Below, piece by piece: positions 49,923 through 58,300 of a stretch of DNA of 64,000 nucleotides. The notes below the pieces were generated by a model, which saw only the letters and a list, made by a program, of their open reading frames with translations, did not search any database and was not told the DNA's origin. A program made the translations under genes and the position numbers. How positions within the stretch are numbered: the stretch's first letter is position 1; the number at the start of each line of letters is the position of its first letter. This DNA is from an uncultured Pseudomonadota bacterium (GTDB lineage: Bacteria > Myxococcota_A > Polyangia > Fen-1088): contig CAWKBC010000007.1 of the NCBI GenBank assembly GCA_963847705.1, positions 32,001 through 96,000 on the forward strand, written 5' to 3'.

Positions 49923-50743
49923 CTGCTCTTGCTCTCGAGCCAGGCCTTGGTGAACAGGTTCTGCGGCAGGGCGTTGGGATCGACCGCCTTGATGAGCACC
50001 AGCGTCTGGTTGGCCTTCTCCACCTCGTCGTAGAAGCGGATCTCCTCCGGGTACCAGGTGTCGCCGTTCTTCGACGGGCTCCAGATCTTCTTCCACTTGG
50101 TGTAGTACGAGGTCCGCAGGAGCCGGCCCGACAGCGCGTACTCCTGCCGCTTGAGGATGTTCTTGCTCTCCTTGTCGATCCAGATGTGGACGATCGGGAA
50201 GGCCAGGTCCTGGCCCGGCTTGCCGGTCAGCTTCAGCTTGATCGCCGTGTAGATGCCCAGCTTCTCTTCCCCTTCGTCGGCGGGGTCGTACTCTTCGGAC
50301 AGCCGCGACTCGTCGAAGTCGGAGCGGCGCGAGTTGGTCCCGCCGATCCGCTCGCGCTCGGTGCGCCGCTCCCACTTGCCGACCGACGGGTCGTAGAACC
50401 AGAGGTTCTTGTCGATGCGCAGGTAGCCCTGCCCGGCCGACGACTTGGGCGCGGTGAAGAGGATCATGAACTTCTGATCCGACGAGCGGCGGAAGTACTC
50501 CGTCTGGTAGACGGTGTCGACCTTGTCTTTCTCTTTCTGTTCGAGGTAGGCCTCCGCGCGCCAGTCGCCGTTGTTCTTCTGGCGATCGTCGACCATCTTG
50601 AGCAGGTCGACCATCTGCGCGCTGGTGAGGGCCGCGAGGGCGCGTCCCGGCGCGACGAAGCTCGGCAGCAGGTTCAAGGTCGTCGCGGCCGCCAGCGCCG
50701 CCAGGGTCAATCTCTTGGTTTGGTGGGTCATGGTTGATTTCAT
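49919..50743 (-). CDS. Outer membrane lipoprotein-sorting (LolA-like) protein
   Basis: FTAPKS.AGQGYL.IDKNLWFYDP, GTNSRRSDF, LFTKAWLE; ATGA overlaps with neighbours. Confidence 0.85.
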   Translation of the reverse strand: MKSTMTHQTKRLTLAALAAATTLNLLPSFVAPGRALAALTSAQMVDLLKMVDDRQKNNGDWRAEAYLEQKEKDKVDTVYQTEYFRRSSDQKFMILFTAPKSSAGQGYLRIDKNLWFYDPSVGKWERRTERERIGGTNSRRSDFDESRLSEEYDPADEGEEKLGIYTAIKLKLTGKPGQDLAFPIVHIWIDKESKNILKRQEYALSGRLLRTSYYTKWKKIWSPSKNGDTWYPEEIRFYDEVEKANQTLVLIKAVDPNALPQNLFTKAWLESKSR

Positions 50744-52071
50744 CCGAAGTGGGACATGGCGTCGACGGGCTGCAACCGCGCCGCCTTCAGCGAAGGGTAG
50801 AGCGCAGCCACCGCGGTGACGAGCGTGATGGTCACGACCGACTGCACCAGCAGCGATCCGTGCACGGAGAGATGCAGGTGCGGTGACATCAGAAAGAACT
50901 GCAGACCGGTCGGCACCGGGACGTGCGCCGCGTTGAGCCCGGCGGCGATGGCGGCCCCGGCGAGCACACCGCAGATGGTGGCGCCGAAGCCCAGCATGAT
51001 CGACTCGAGCAGGAACATCCAGAGCACCTCGCGCCGGTGCATCCCGATCGCGCGCAGCGTCCCGATCTCGCGGGTGCGCTCCCGGATGGCGATCCACATG
51101 GTGTTCATGATGCCGATGATGATGATGGCGATCAGAATGACGATCAGCACCGCCGACAACCCCTGCAGCGCCTTCAGCGTCCAGGTCATGAACGAGATCT
51201 CGTCCTCCCAGCTGGTGATGTCCAGCTTCTGTCCGGTCCAGTCCTCGCGCGAGACCGACTGGAACTTCATCCAGAACGCGCGCGGGTCGGGCTCCATCAG
51301 CCGATAGCCGGCCTGATCGAGCGCCAGCCGCAAGTTCGCGGCGATGGTGGGGATGCGATCGATGTCCTTCTGGTTGAGCAGGATCTGGATGACCCCCGTC
51401 GAGTCCTGATTGAGCTGGTAGAGCGCCCGCAGGCTGTCGATGGGGATGAAGGCGTTCCAGGTGCTGAGCAGCCCCAGGCTGTGCGCGATCGCCACCACCC
51501 GCACGTCGATGGTGTTGTTGGTGCCGCGCGTGGTGGGGGCGGAGATCGTCAGGGCGTCGCCCACCTTGGCACCCAGCTTCTCGGACTGGTTGTCGAAGAG
51601 GAGCATCGTTCCCGGCTGCGCCAGATCGTTCAGATTGCCGCTCACCAACTGCAGCACCTGGGCCACCTTCGGTTCGCTCTTGATGTCGATCCCGGTGATG
51701 CCGAGCTGCATCGACCCGGTGTCGGAGACGACCTTGGCCCACCCGCGCCCCCGCTGGACGGCGAAGGCCATCTCGGGGACCGTCTTCTTGACGATCTCCA
51801 GGACCTTCTTGTAGTCGGTCACCACCGGCGCCGCCTGCCCGGCGGTCACCTTGTAGAAGCCGCCCACGTTGACGTGCCCGGTGGAGAGCGTGGTGGCGGT
51901 GTCGATCATCGTCTCGCGCACGCCGGTGGACAGGCCGTTGAGCAGGACCAGGAGCGCCGTCACCGCGGCGATGGCCAGGCCGAGGAACAGCGTGCGCCGC
52001 CGGTGCTGCACCAGGTTGCGGAAGGCGATCGTCAGATCGACGTAGAGCTTGGAACCGACGTGGCTGGGCAT
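50740..52071 (-). CDS. ABC transporter permease (FtsX/MacB/LolC type)
   Basis: AFRNL..HRRRT, ERTREIGTLRAIG, PSLKAARLQPVDAM. Confidence 0.92.
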   Translation of the reverse strand: MPSHVGSKLYVDLTIAFRNLVQHRRRTLFLGLAIAAVTALLVLLNGLSTGVRETMIDTATTLSTGHVNVGGFYKVTAGQAAPVVTDYKKVLEIVKKTVPEMAFAVQRGRGWAKVVSDTGSMQLGITGIDIKSEPKVAQVLQLVSGNLNDLAQPGTMLLFDNQSEKLGAKVGDALTISAPTTRGTNNTIDVRVVAIAHSLGLLSTWNAFIPIDSLRALYQLNQDSTGVIQILLNQKDIDRIPTIAANLRLALDQAGYRLMEPDPRAFWMKFQSVSREDWTGQKLDITSWEDEISFMTWTLKALQGLSAVLIVILIAIIIIGIMNTMWIAIRERTREIGTLRAIGMHRREVLWMFLLESIMLGFGATICGVLAGAAIAAGLNAAHVPVPTGLQFFLMSPHLHLSVHGSLLVQSVVTITLVTAVAALYPSLKAARLQPVDAMSHFG

Positions 52072-52081
52072 GGCTGTTCCC

Positions 52082-54250
52082 TCATTCCTCTTCCGCCATC
52101 GCCTGGCGGGGTGTGACCCGCATGGCGATCCAGGCCGGGTAGAAGCTGGAAAAGGCGCTCACCAGCAGCACGATCACGAAGGCCGCGATGACGTTGCTGG
52201 TGCCGATGAAGGGGTAGAGGCGCGGCCCCGAGAAGAAGAAGAACCAGATGTCGGACTTGGCGGGGATGCCGATCTTGCCGACGATGGTGACGATGAGCGC
52301 CCCCAGCAGGGCACCGAGGCCGCCGAAGATGACGCCGACCACGATCGATTCGACCACCAGCATGGCCAGGATGAAGCGCCGCTGGGCGCCGATGGCGCGC
52401 AGCGTGCCGATCTCCTTCACCCGCTCCAGCGTGGCCATCACCAGCGCGTTGTTGATGATGACGAGCGCGATGATGAAGATGATCAGGATCGCCACGTAGA
52501 GCACCATCCGGATGACGTTGACGAACTGGCCGATGAGCCCCGCGGCCTGCTGCCAGTCGATCGCCTTGAGCGTCAGCCCGTCCGCCTTCCCCTGCGCCTC
52601 GATCGCCGCGATGGTCTCCTTGATCTTCTTGGGATCCTTGACGATCACCGCGGCGTTGAGCACCACCCCCTGCTCCACCTCGCCCGGCGGGAAGACCCGG
52701 CTGCGCGCCTCTTCGCGCTGCAGCTTGCCGCCCAGCGACTCCCCGAGATCGTGCGTCACGGCTGAGACGCCCGGGGTGGTGGTCGCCTCGATGTGACGGG
52801 GCGCCTTGGCCGCAGGCGCGGCCTCGGGCGCGTCGGCCTTGCCGAACAGCTCGGCCTCGGCGTTCTCCCGGCTGATGTCGCGCGCGCCCGCCTCCTTCTG
52901 CAGCGCCTTGATCTCGGCCAGCTTCTCACCGCTCATGAAGCCGTAGAGCTCGCGGAACGAGACCATGTCCATCAGGTTGAGCGCGCCCGCCAGCGTCGAC
53001 TTCTCCAGCCCCTGGAACTGGAAGGTGCCGTAGACGGGGACGTTCACCGACTGCACGTAGCCCGAACGGGTGAAGGCCTTGATGGTGAGCACGTCGCCGA
53101 TGCGCACGCGATAGAGCTCCAGCGACGGCGCCAGCTCTTTGTAGAAGAAGTCATAGCGCTGGTGGAAGTTCTGGTCGTCGGTCTGGAAGAAGTCGACCAG
53201 CAGCTTGCCGACGTCCGTCTCGGTGCTGGCCAGCTCGCCCTGCAGCTTGGCCCGGAAGTCGAGCGTCTTCTGCGCGTCGAGCTGCAGCAGGATCTCGCGC
53301 ACCTGCGAGGTGTTCTCCCGGACCATCCGCTTGAGATCGGGATCGGTGGCGATGGTCTCCCCCTGCGAATCGACCCCCTCTTTGATCTTGTCGAGCCGTC
53401 GCGCCGCCTTCAGCTTGAGCTGATCTTCGTAGACCTGCTTGGCGAAGAGGAACCCGCGCTTGCCGGCCGGGACCATGGTCCCCTCGACGATCTTCATGCG
53501 GTCGAACGACTTCTGGAAGGCCTGGAAGTCGGTGCCGACGTAGTTGAGAAACAGCAGGTCGGCGTCCGCCGCCTGGCTGGCGATCCGGTTCTCCAGGAAC
53601 TCGAGGGCTTCGAAGGGATCCTTGTCGAAGTCCTGCCAGAACCTGTCGGACGCCGCCCGGGTGACCGCCTCGGCGTCCGCGGGATCGATCGCCTTTTCGT
53701 CCAGCACCGCCTTGGCGTTCTTGAGATCGCCTTGCAGCACCGAGACGATCTGGCGGACATGCCCCTTCTCGGCGGCCATCTGCGCCTGCGCCCGCGCCCG
53801 GTCGGCGTCGGTCTTGGCGTCGCGCGCGGCCTTCACCGCGTTGCGCAGCTTCTCCAGCGCGAGATCGATGGTGTTGCCCGAGGTGACCAGCGCGCCGCTG
53901 ATCCCCATGGGGACGACCGACTTGACGTTCGGCACCTTCAGCAGCGAGGCCCGCACCTTGGAGAAGTCGTCGAGCTGACTGATGTCCGGATCGCCCATCA
54001 TCATCCGCCCCATCACCTCCAGCGGATCCTTGGACTTGGCGTTGTAGACCTGGATGTGGCCGGCGACGCTGCCGATCACGCTGCGGCTCATCGAGGCCAC
54101 CAGGCTGTCGAGCAGCGAGTTTCCGGTGACCACCAGCAGGCCGCCGAAGAAGATGATCCCGCCGACGATGATGGTCTTGAGGCGGCTGGCGAACAGATTC
54201 CGAAAGGCCATCTGCGCGACGACCCCCAGCGTGGCGAACCAGCCCCTCAC
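52082..54250 (-). CDS. ABC transporter permease (FtsX type) with enlarged periplasmic domain
   Basis: AFRNL, ERVKEIGTLRAIG; about 540-aa periplasmic region. Confidence 0.9.
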   Translation of the reverse strand: MRGWFATLGVVAQMAFRNLFASRLKTIIVGGIIFFGGLLVVTGNSLLDSLVASMSRSVIGSVAGHIQVYNAKSKDPLEVMGRMMMGDPDISQLDDFSKVRASLLKVPNVKSVVPMGISGALVTSGNTIDLALEKLRNAVKAARDAKTDADRARAQAQMAAEKGHVRQIVSVLQGDLKNAKAVLDEKAIDPADAEAVTRAASDRFWQDFDKDPFEALEFLENRIASQAADADLLFLNYVGTDFQAFQKSFDRMKIVEGTMVPAGKRGFLFAKQVYEDQLKLKAARRLDKIKEGVDSQGETIATDPDLKRMVRENTSQVREILLQLDAQKTLDFRAKLQGELASTETDVGKLLVDFFQTDDQNFHQRYDFFYKELAPSLELYRVRIGDVLTIKAFTRSGYVQSVNVPVYGTFQFQGLEKSTLAGALNLMDMVSFRELYGFMSGEKLAEIKALQKEAGARDISRENAEAELFGKADAPEAAPAAKAPRHIEATTTPGVSAVTHDLGESLGGKLQREEARSRVFPPGEVEQGVVLNAAVIVKDPKKIKETIAAIEAQGKADGLTLKAIDWQQAAGLIGQFVNVIRMVLYVAILIIFIIALVIINNALVMATLERVKEIGTLRAIGAQRRFILAMLVVESIVVGVIFGGLGALLGALIVTIVGKIGIPAKSDIWFFFFSGPRLYPFIGTSNVIAAFVIVLLVSAFSSFYPAWIAMRVTPRQAMAEEE

Positions 54251-54972
54251 ACCTGTGCTCCGTGCGGCTGCGAGGCCGCCACGCCGGGGGTCACGCGATC
54301 GACGAACTTGCCGTCGGCCAGCCGCACGATGGCGTTGGCGTTGGCCATCACCTTCTGGTCGTGCGTCGAGAAGATGAAGGTCGTCTTCTCGGTGCGATTG
54401 AGCTCCTTCATGAGATCGAGGATGTTCTGCCCGGTCACCGAGTCGAGGTTGGCGGTGGGCTCGTCGGCCAGCACCAGCTGGGGCCGGGTCACCAGCGCCC
54501 GCGCGATCGCCACGCGCTGGCGTTGCCCGCCCGACAGCTCGCTCGGCCGGTGATTGGTGTACTCGCGGATTCCGACCTTCTCCAGCAAGGCGAGAACGCG
54601 CGCCTTGCGCTCCGGTCCGGAGAGCTGGCGCTGCAGCAGCAGCGGCAATTCGATGTTCTGGAACACCGTCAGCACCGAGACCAGGTTGAAGCTCTGAAAG
54701 ATGAAGCCGATGGTGTGCAGCCTCAGCTCGGTCAGCGCGCGCTCGGAGAGCTGGCGGGTGTCCTTGCCGGCCACCTCCACCACGCCCGAGGTGGGCGTGT
54801 CGACGCAGCCGATCAGATTGAGCAGCGTGGTCTTCCCGCTCCCCGACGGACCGGCGATGGAGATGAAGTCGCCGGCCACGACGTCCAGCGTGACGCCCCG
54901 AAGCGCCGGCACCACGACCTTGCCGAGCGTGTAGTTCTTGACCGCATCACGAACCGAAACGATGGCCTTCAT
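54247..54972 (-). CDS. ABC transporter ATP-binding protein (LolD/MacB type)
   Basis: GPSGSGKTT, GFIFQSFNL, LSGGQRQR, LADEPTANLD, STHD. Confidence 0.95.
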   Translation of the reverse strand: MKAIVSVRDAVKNYTLGKVVVPALRGVTLDVVAGDFISIAGPSGSGKTTLLNLIGCVDTPTSGVVEVAGKDTRQLSERALTELRLHTIGFIFQSFNLVSVLTVFQNIELPLLLQRQLSGPERKARVLALLEKVGIREYTNHRPSELSGGQRQRVAIARALVTRPQLVLADEPTANLDSVTGQNILDLMKELNRTEKTTFIFSTHDQKVMANANAIVRLADGKFVDRVTPGVAASQPHGAQV

Positions 54973-55079
54973 GGGGTCCTTTCCGACTGTCCAAACTTGC
55001 CCGAGATTTCCGGCTTGCCGAGCTTGCGCCCTTCCGACTCGCCAACTTCCGGCTTGGACAGGGCTCCGTCGCTCACGCG

Positions 55080-55108
55080 GCAATAGTCCGGCGTTTCCCC
55101 CCTGTCAA
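55080..55108 (-). promoter_or_regulatory. Sigma70 promoter for the ABC operon
   Basis: TTGACA-17 nt-TATTGC. Confidence 0.55.
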
Positions 55109-55184
55109 GGCGCAAAGCTGTTTCAATGCGACGCCAATCGACTACATTTGCGACCGTTTTCATCCCGTCGTCAGGAGAGACCAC

Positions 55185-56030
55185 ATGAACAAGCTCTGGT
55201 TCCCGTTCGCTGCCGTCATCCCGCTCGCCCTCGCCGTCTCCTCGACCGGTCAGGCCGCCGGAGAGAAGCCGCCAGCCGGTGCTGCTCCCACGGCCGCGGC
55301 CGCCCCCGCGCCCGCGGCGCCAACCGCCGCCGGCGCCACCACCGCGACCTGGTGGGGGCACGCGGCCTGGATCCTCACCACGCCGGCTGGCGCGACGATC
55401 GCCATCGATCCCTGGCTCGACAATCCGAACGCGCCCAAGATTGATCACCCGAAAACCCTGGACGCCATTCTGGTCACGCACGGCCACTTCGACCACGTCG
55501 GAAACGCCGCCGAGCTGGCCAAGGCGACCGGCGCCAAGCTGATCACCTCGTTCGAGCTGGCCACCCTGATCGGCGCGGCGAACGCCGAGGGGATGAACAT
55601 CGGCGGCACCATCACGGTCAAGGACGCCACCATTCACCTCGTCGAGGCGGTGCACTCCGGCGGGTTCGGACAGGACAAGACGGGGCCCAAGTACAGCGGT
55701 CCGGCCCTGGGCTTCGTCATCGAGATCGCCAAGGGGCCGACGCTCTATCACGCCGGCGACACCGACGTGTTCCCCGGGATGTCGCTCATCGCCGATCGCT
55801 ACCACCCGACGATCGCCATGCTCCCCATCGGGGGCCACTTCACGATGGACCCCGTCGGCGCCGCGCTGGCGGTCAAGCTGCTGAAGGTCAAGACGGTCAT
55901 CCCGATGCACTACGGGACTTTCCCCGCGCTCGCGGGCACGCCCGACGAGCTGCGCGCCGCCCTCAAGAAGGAGAAGAACGGCGCGAAGGTCGTCGAGTTC
56001 AAGCCGGGCGAGCCGCAGACGTTGAAGTAG
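55185..56030 (+). CDS. Exported metal-dependent hydrolase (MBL fold, UPF0173-like)
   Basis: Signal peptide; WWGHA, IDPW, THGHFDH, HAGDT, LPIGGHFTM, IPMHYGTF; AGGAG RBS. Confidence 0.9.
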   Translation: MNKLWFPFAAVIPLALAVSSTGQAAGEKPPAGAAPTAAAAPAPAAPTAAGATTATWWGHAAWILTTPAGATIAIDPWLDNPNAPKIDHPKTLDAILVTHGHFDHVGNAAELAKATGAKLITSFELATLIGAANAEGMNIGGTITVKDATIHLVEAVHSGGFGQDKTGPKYSGPALGFVIEIAKGPTLYHAGDTDVFPGMSLIADRYHPTIAMLPIGGHFTMDPVGAALAVKLLKVKTVIPMHYGTFPALAGTPDELRAALKKEKNGAKVVEFKPGEPQTLK

Positions 56031-56118
56031 ATGCGCGGGGGCCGGCTCGCCCTCCCCGCGGGTGAGCGCGCAGAGCCGGCCTCGCCATTTCGCCTCGCCC
56101 GCCATTTGACCCAGGGCG

Positions 56119-56147
56119 ATTATTCAAATTTGACTATGGCCGGTCAA
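56119..56147 (-). promoter_or_regulatory. Promoter TTGACC-17-AATAAT containing the palindrome TATTCAAATTTGACTA (56121-56136)
   Basis: 16-bp near-perfect palindrome between -35 and -10, directly downstream of the padR-family gene. Confidence 0.6.
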
Positions 56148-56752
56148 GAGGATTTTTCGCGCTTGCGATGCCCGGCGCCCGGCCGCGAAACCGCGGCCGA
56201 TTTGCCCACCTCGTAGGTCCCCCGTTCGAGCCGCCCCATGAGCGTGCGGGCCCAGGGGATCTCGGCGTTCAAGATGGCGTGCATGCGATCGTAGAGCTCC
56301 TTGACGTGCTCGGGCGTCTCCGGCGGATGGATCTCCTTGCGCGAGAATTCCAGCTGCTTGAGCGCCCCCTCGAGCGCGGCGATCCGGTGCTCGAGCGCCG
56401 CCGACAGCTCGGCCGCGCTCAGGCTCGGCATGAAGCAGAGCGCCGGCATCAGCTCGTCGAGCGGCGGCGCCACCCTCCACCAGGTGGCGCGCAGGAGGGT
56501 CTGGTACTCCTTTTCGCCGTCGACCGTCAGGCTGTACTGCGTCCGCTCGGGGCGCCCGCCGATCTGCCCGGTGCCCACCACCTTGAGGAACTTCTCCTTC
56601 GTCAGCGTCTTGAGCGCGTTGTAGATGGAGCCGGGCGCCACGTTGGCCCACTTGTCGACCCGCCAGGTCAGGAGCTCGCGCCGCACGTCATAGCCGTGCA
56701 CCGGCTGGAAGAGGCGCACCGCGCCCAGAACCAGGAGCCGCGTCGACGACAT
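56144..56752 (-). CDS. PadR family transcriptional regulator
   Basis: RLLVLG...PVHGYDVRREL...PGSIYNALKTL...RTQYSLT.DG. Confidence 0.92.
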   Translation of the reverse strand: MSSTRLLVLGAVRLFQPVHGYDVRRELLTWRVDKWANVAPGSIYNALKTLTKEKFLKVVGTGQIGGRPERTQYSLTVDGEKEYQTLLRATWWRVAPPLDELMPALCFMPSLSAAELSAALEHRIAALEGALKQLEFSRKEIHPPETPEHVKELYDRMHAILNAEIPWARTLMGRLERGTYEVGKSAAVSRPGAGHRKREKSS

Positions 56753-56758
56753 CGCCGC

Positions 56759-57271
56759 TCAGGTCAGCTTGATCTCGACGACCAGATCGTTCGCCAGCCG
56801 TTCCAGCTCGGCGCGCAACCTGGCCAGGTCGGTGGCAGGCGAGACGCGAACGTGCGCGTGGGCCTCGAACAGCATCTCCGCCGACATCGGCGCGCTCACC
56901 CGGTTGGTGGTCAGCTCTTCGACGTTGACCCCCTGGCCCGCCAGCAGCTGCGAGATCTCGCGGACGATCCCCGGCCGGTCGAGGCCGACCAGCTCGAGCT
57001 CCATGCTCTTCTCCGCCGGCGGGGCCGCCGGACGCGCCGCCGTCTCGACGATCACCTTGAGGCCGCGGCCTTCCAGCGCTGCCAGCGCCGCCGTCGCCGC
57101 CACCACCCGCTCCGTCGGCACCTCTGCGCGCAGGATCCCCGCGAACTTGCCGCAGAGATGGCTCATCCGGCTCTCCAGCCAGTTCCCGCCGTGCGCGGCG
57201 ATCACACCGGCCACGAGCTCGACGAGCCCCGGCCAATCGGGCCCCAACAACGTGAGCACCAGGTCCGTCAT
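56759..57271 (-). CDS. Tandem ACT-domain protein (GcvR-like)
   Basis: LVLTLLGPDWPGLV, GGNWLESRM, LVGLDRPGIV; ATG 57271 is 7 nt after TATCCT. Confidence 0.88.
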   Translation of the reverse strand: MTDLVLTLLGPDWPGLVELVAGVIAAHGGNWLESRMSHLCGKFAGILRAEVPTERVVAATAALAALEGRGLKVIVETAARPAAPPAEKSMELELVGLDRPGIVREISQLLAGQGVNVEELTTNRVSAPMSAEMLFEAHAHVRVSPATDLARLRAELERLANDLVVEIKLT

Positions 57272-57296
57272 GCGCGGGAGGATAGCGCATCGCCAC

Positions 57297-57420
57297 TTTG
57301 GGAACCCTCGAAGGGTTCCCAAACCCTCCCGCGACGACTCCGCCGGGCGAAGCCCGCCTCCGTCCACGCCAACAACTTGGGAACCCTCAAAGGGTTCCCA
57401 AACCCTCCCGCGACGCGAGC
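57297..57420. repeat. Tandem pair of REP-like elements
   Basis: TTTGGGAACCCT-CGA-AGGGTTCCCAAA and TTGGGAACCCT-CAA-AGGGTTCCCAA, each followed by ACCCTCCCGCGACG. Confidence 0.85.
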
Positions 57421-57430
57421 GGCGCGGTCC

Positions 57431-58102
57431 CTACGGGGTGGCGCTGGCGTTCGGCGCGCCGGCGCGCGGACGCCCCAGCCGATCCAGGTCCCGCTTGGGC
57501 GCCTTGGCGGCACCACGCGAAGCGCAGACTGCGTCGACCAGATGACGTCCGCAGGTGCCTGCGCGCGTCTCGCTCCGCTTGCCCGGCCAGCTCGCCTCGA
57601 TGCTCTTCTCGTGGCAGTCGGCGACCGCCGTATAGATGGTGTCATCGGCGCTCGGCGCGATCCCGCCGGTCGGCGCCCAACGGAACAACGTCCCGCCGCC
57701 CATCTCCCGGACGGAGTCGCGATCGAACACCAGCCGATCGCCGGCCTCGCGCTCGCAGGCAACGTCCCAGGCGCCTGAGGCTGCGTCGTCGTCCTCCGGC
57801 ACGGTCACGCTCATCAACGCGCCCCGAGACGGACCTGCTGTCCCGATCGGCGGCCCAGCGACCACCTCGGTCGTGCTGCAAGCCTCCGCCCTCGTCCACC
57901 CGACATTGCTGACATTGCCGACATCGCCGTCGTCGCCGACACTCCCCTCGCCGCCCACGTTGCCCGCGGTCGCTGCGTCGGCCTCCTGCGCTTCACGCGC
58001 CTGCTGCACCTCCCGCCGCCATCCGAAGTCGTCGAACCCGTGTCCCTTCTCTCGAACCGCCGCTCCCGCCAACATCATCAACCCCGTCACCACGCTCCTC
58101 AT
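57431..58102 (-). CDS. Hypothetical protein
   Basis: Purine-rich region before ATG; no recognisable motif; weak codon bias. Confidence 0.35.
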   Translation of the reverse strand: MRSVVTGLMMLAGAAVREKGHGFDDFGWRREVQQAREAQEADAATAGNVGGEGSVGDDGDVGNVSNVGWTRAEACSTTEVVAGPPIGTAGPSRGALMSVTVPEDDDAASGAWDVACEREAGDRLVFDRDSVREMGGGTLFRWAPTGGIAPSADDTIYTAVADCHEKSIEASWPGKRSETRAGTCGRHLVDAVCASRGAAKAPKRDLDRLGRPRAGAPNASATP

Positions 58103-58300
58103 GATCTTCCTGTCGTCCTTTCGTTTGCCTCAGCCTCTGCTTCGGCCTGCGTTTTCAGTTTTCAACTTCATCGCGATCGTACCGGTCATCGGTCCGACCT
58201 CAGGGAATGTTGAGGGCCAAAACACCGCGACGCAACCTTTCGCTCGAATGTTTACGGGCGGTTCACACCGCCGAAACCAAACCGCGACGTCAATGTTCTG

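Noticed and set aside
54969-56105. 378-aa minus ORF as the target of the promoter downstream of padR
   Set aside because: Almost entirely antisense to the hydrolase gene, with shadow-frame composition.
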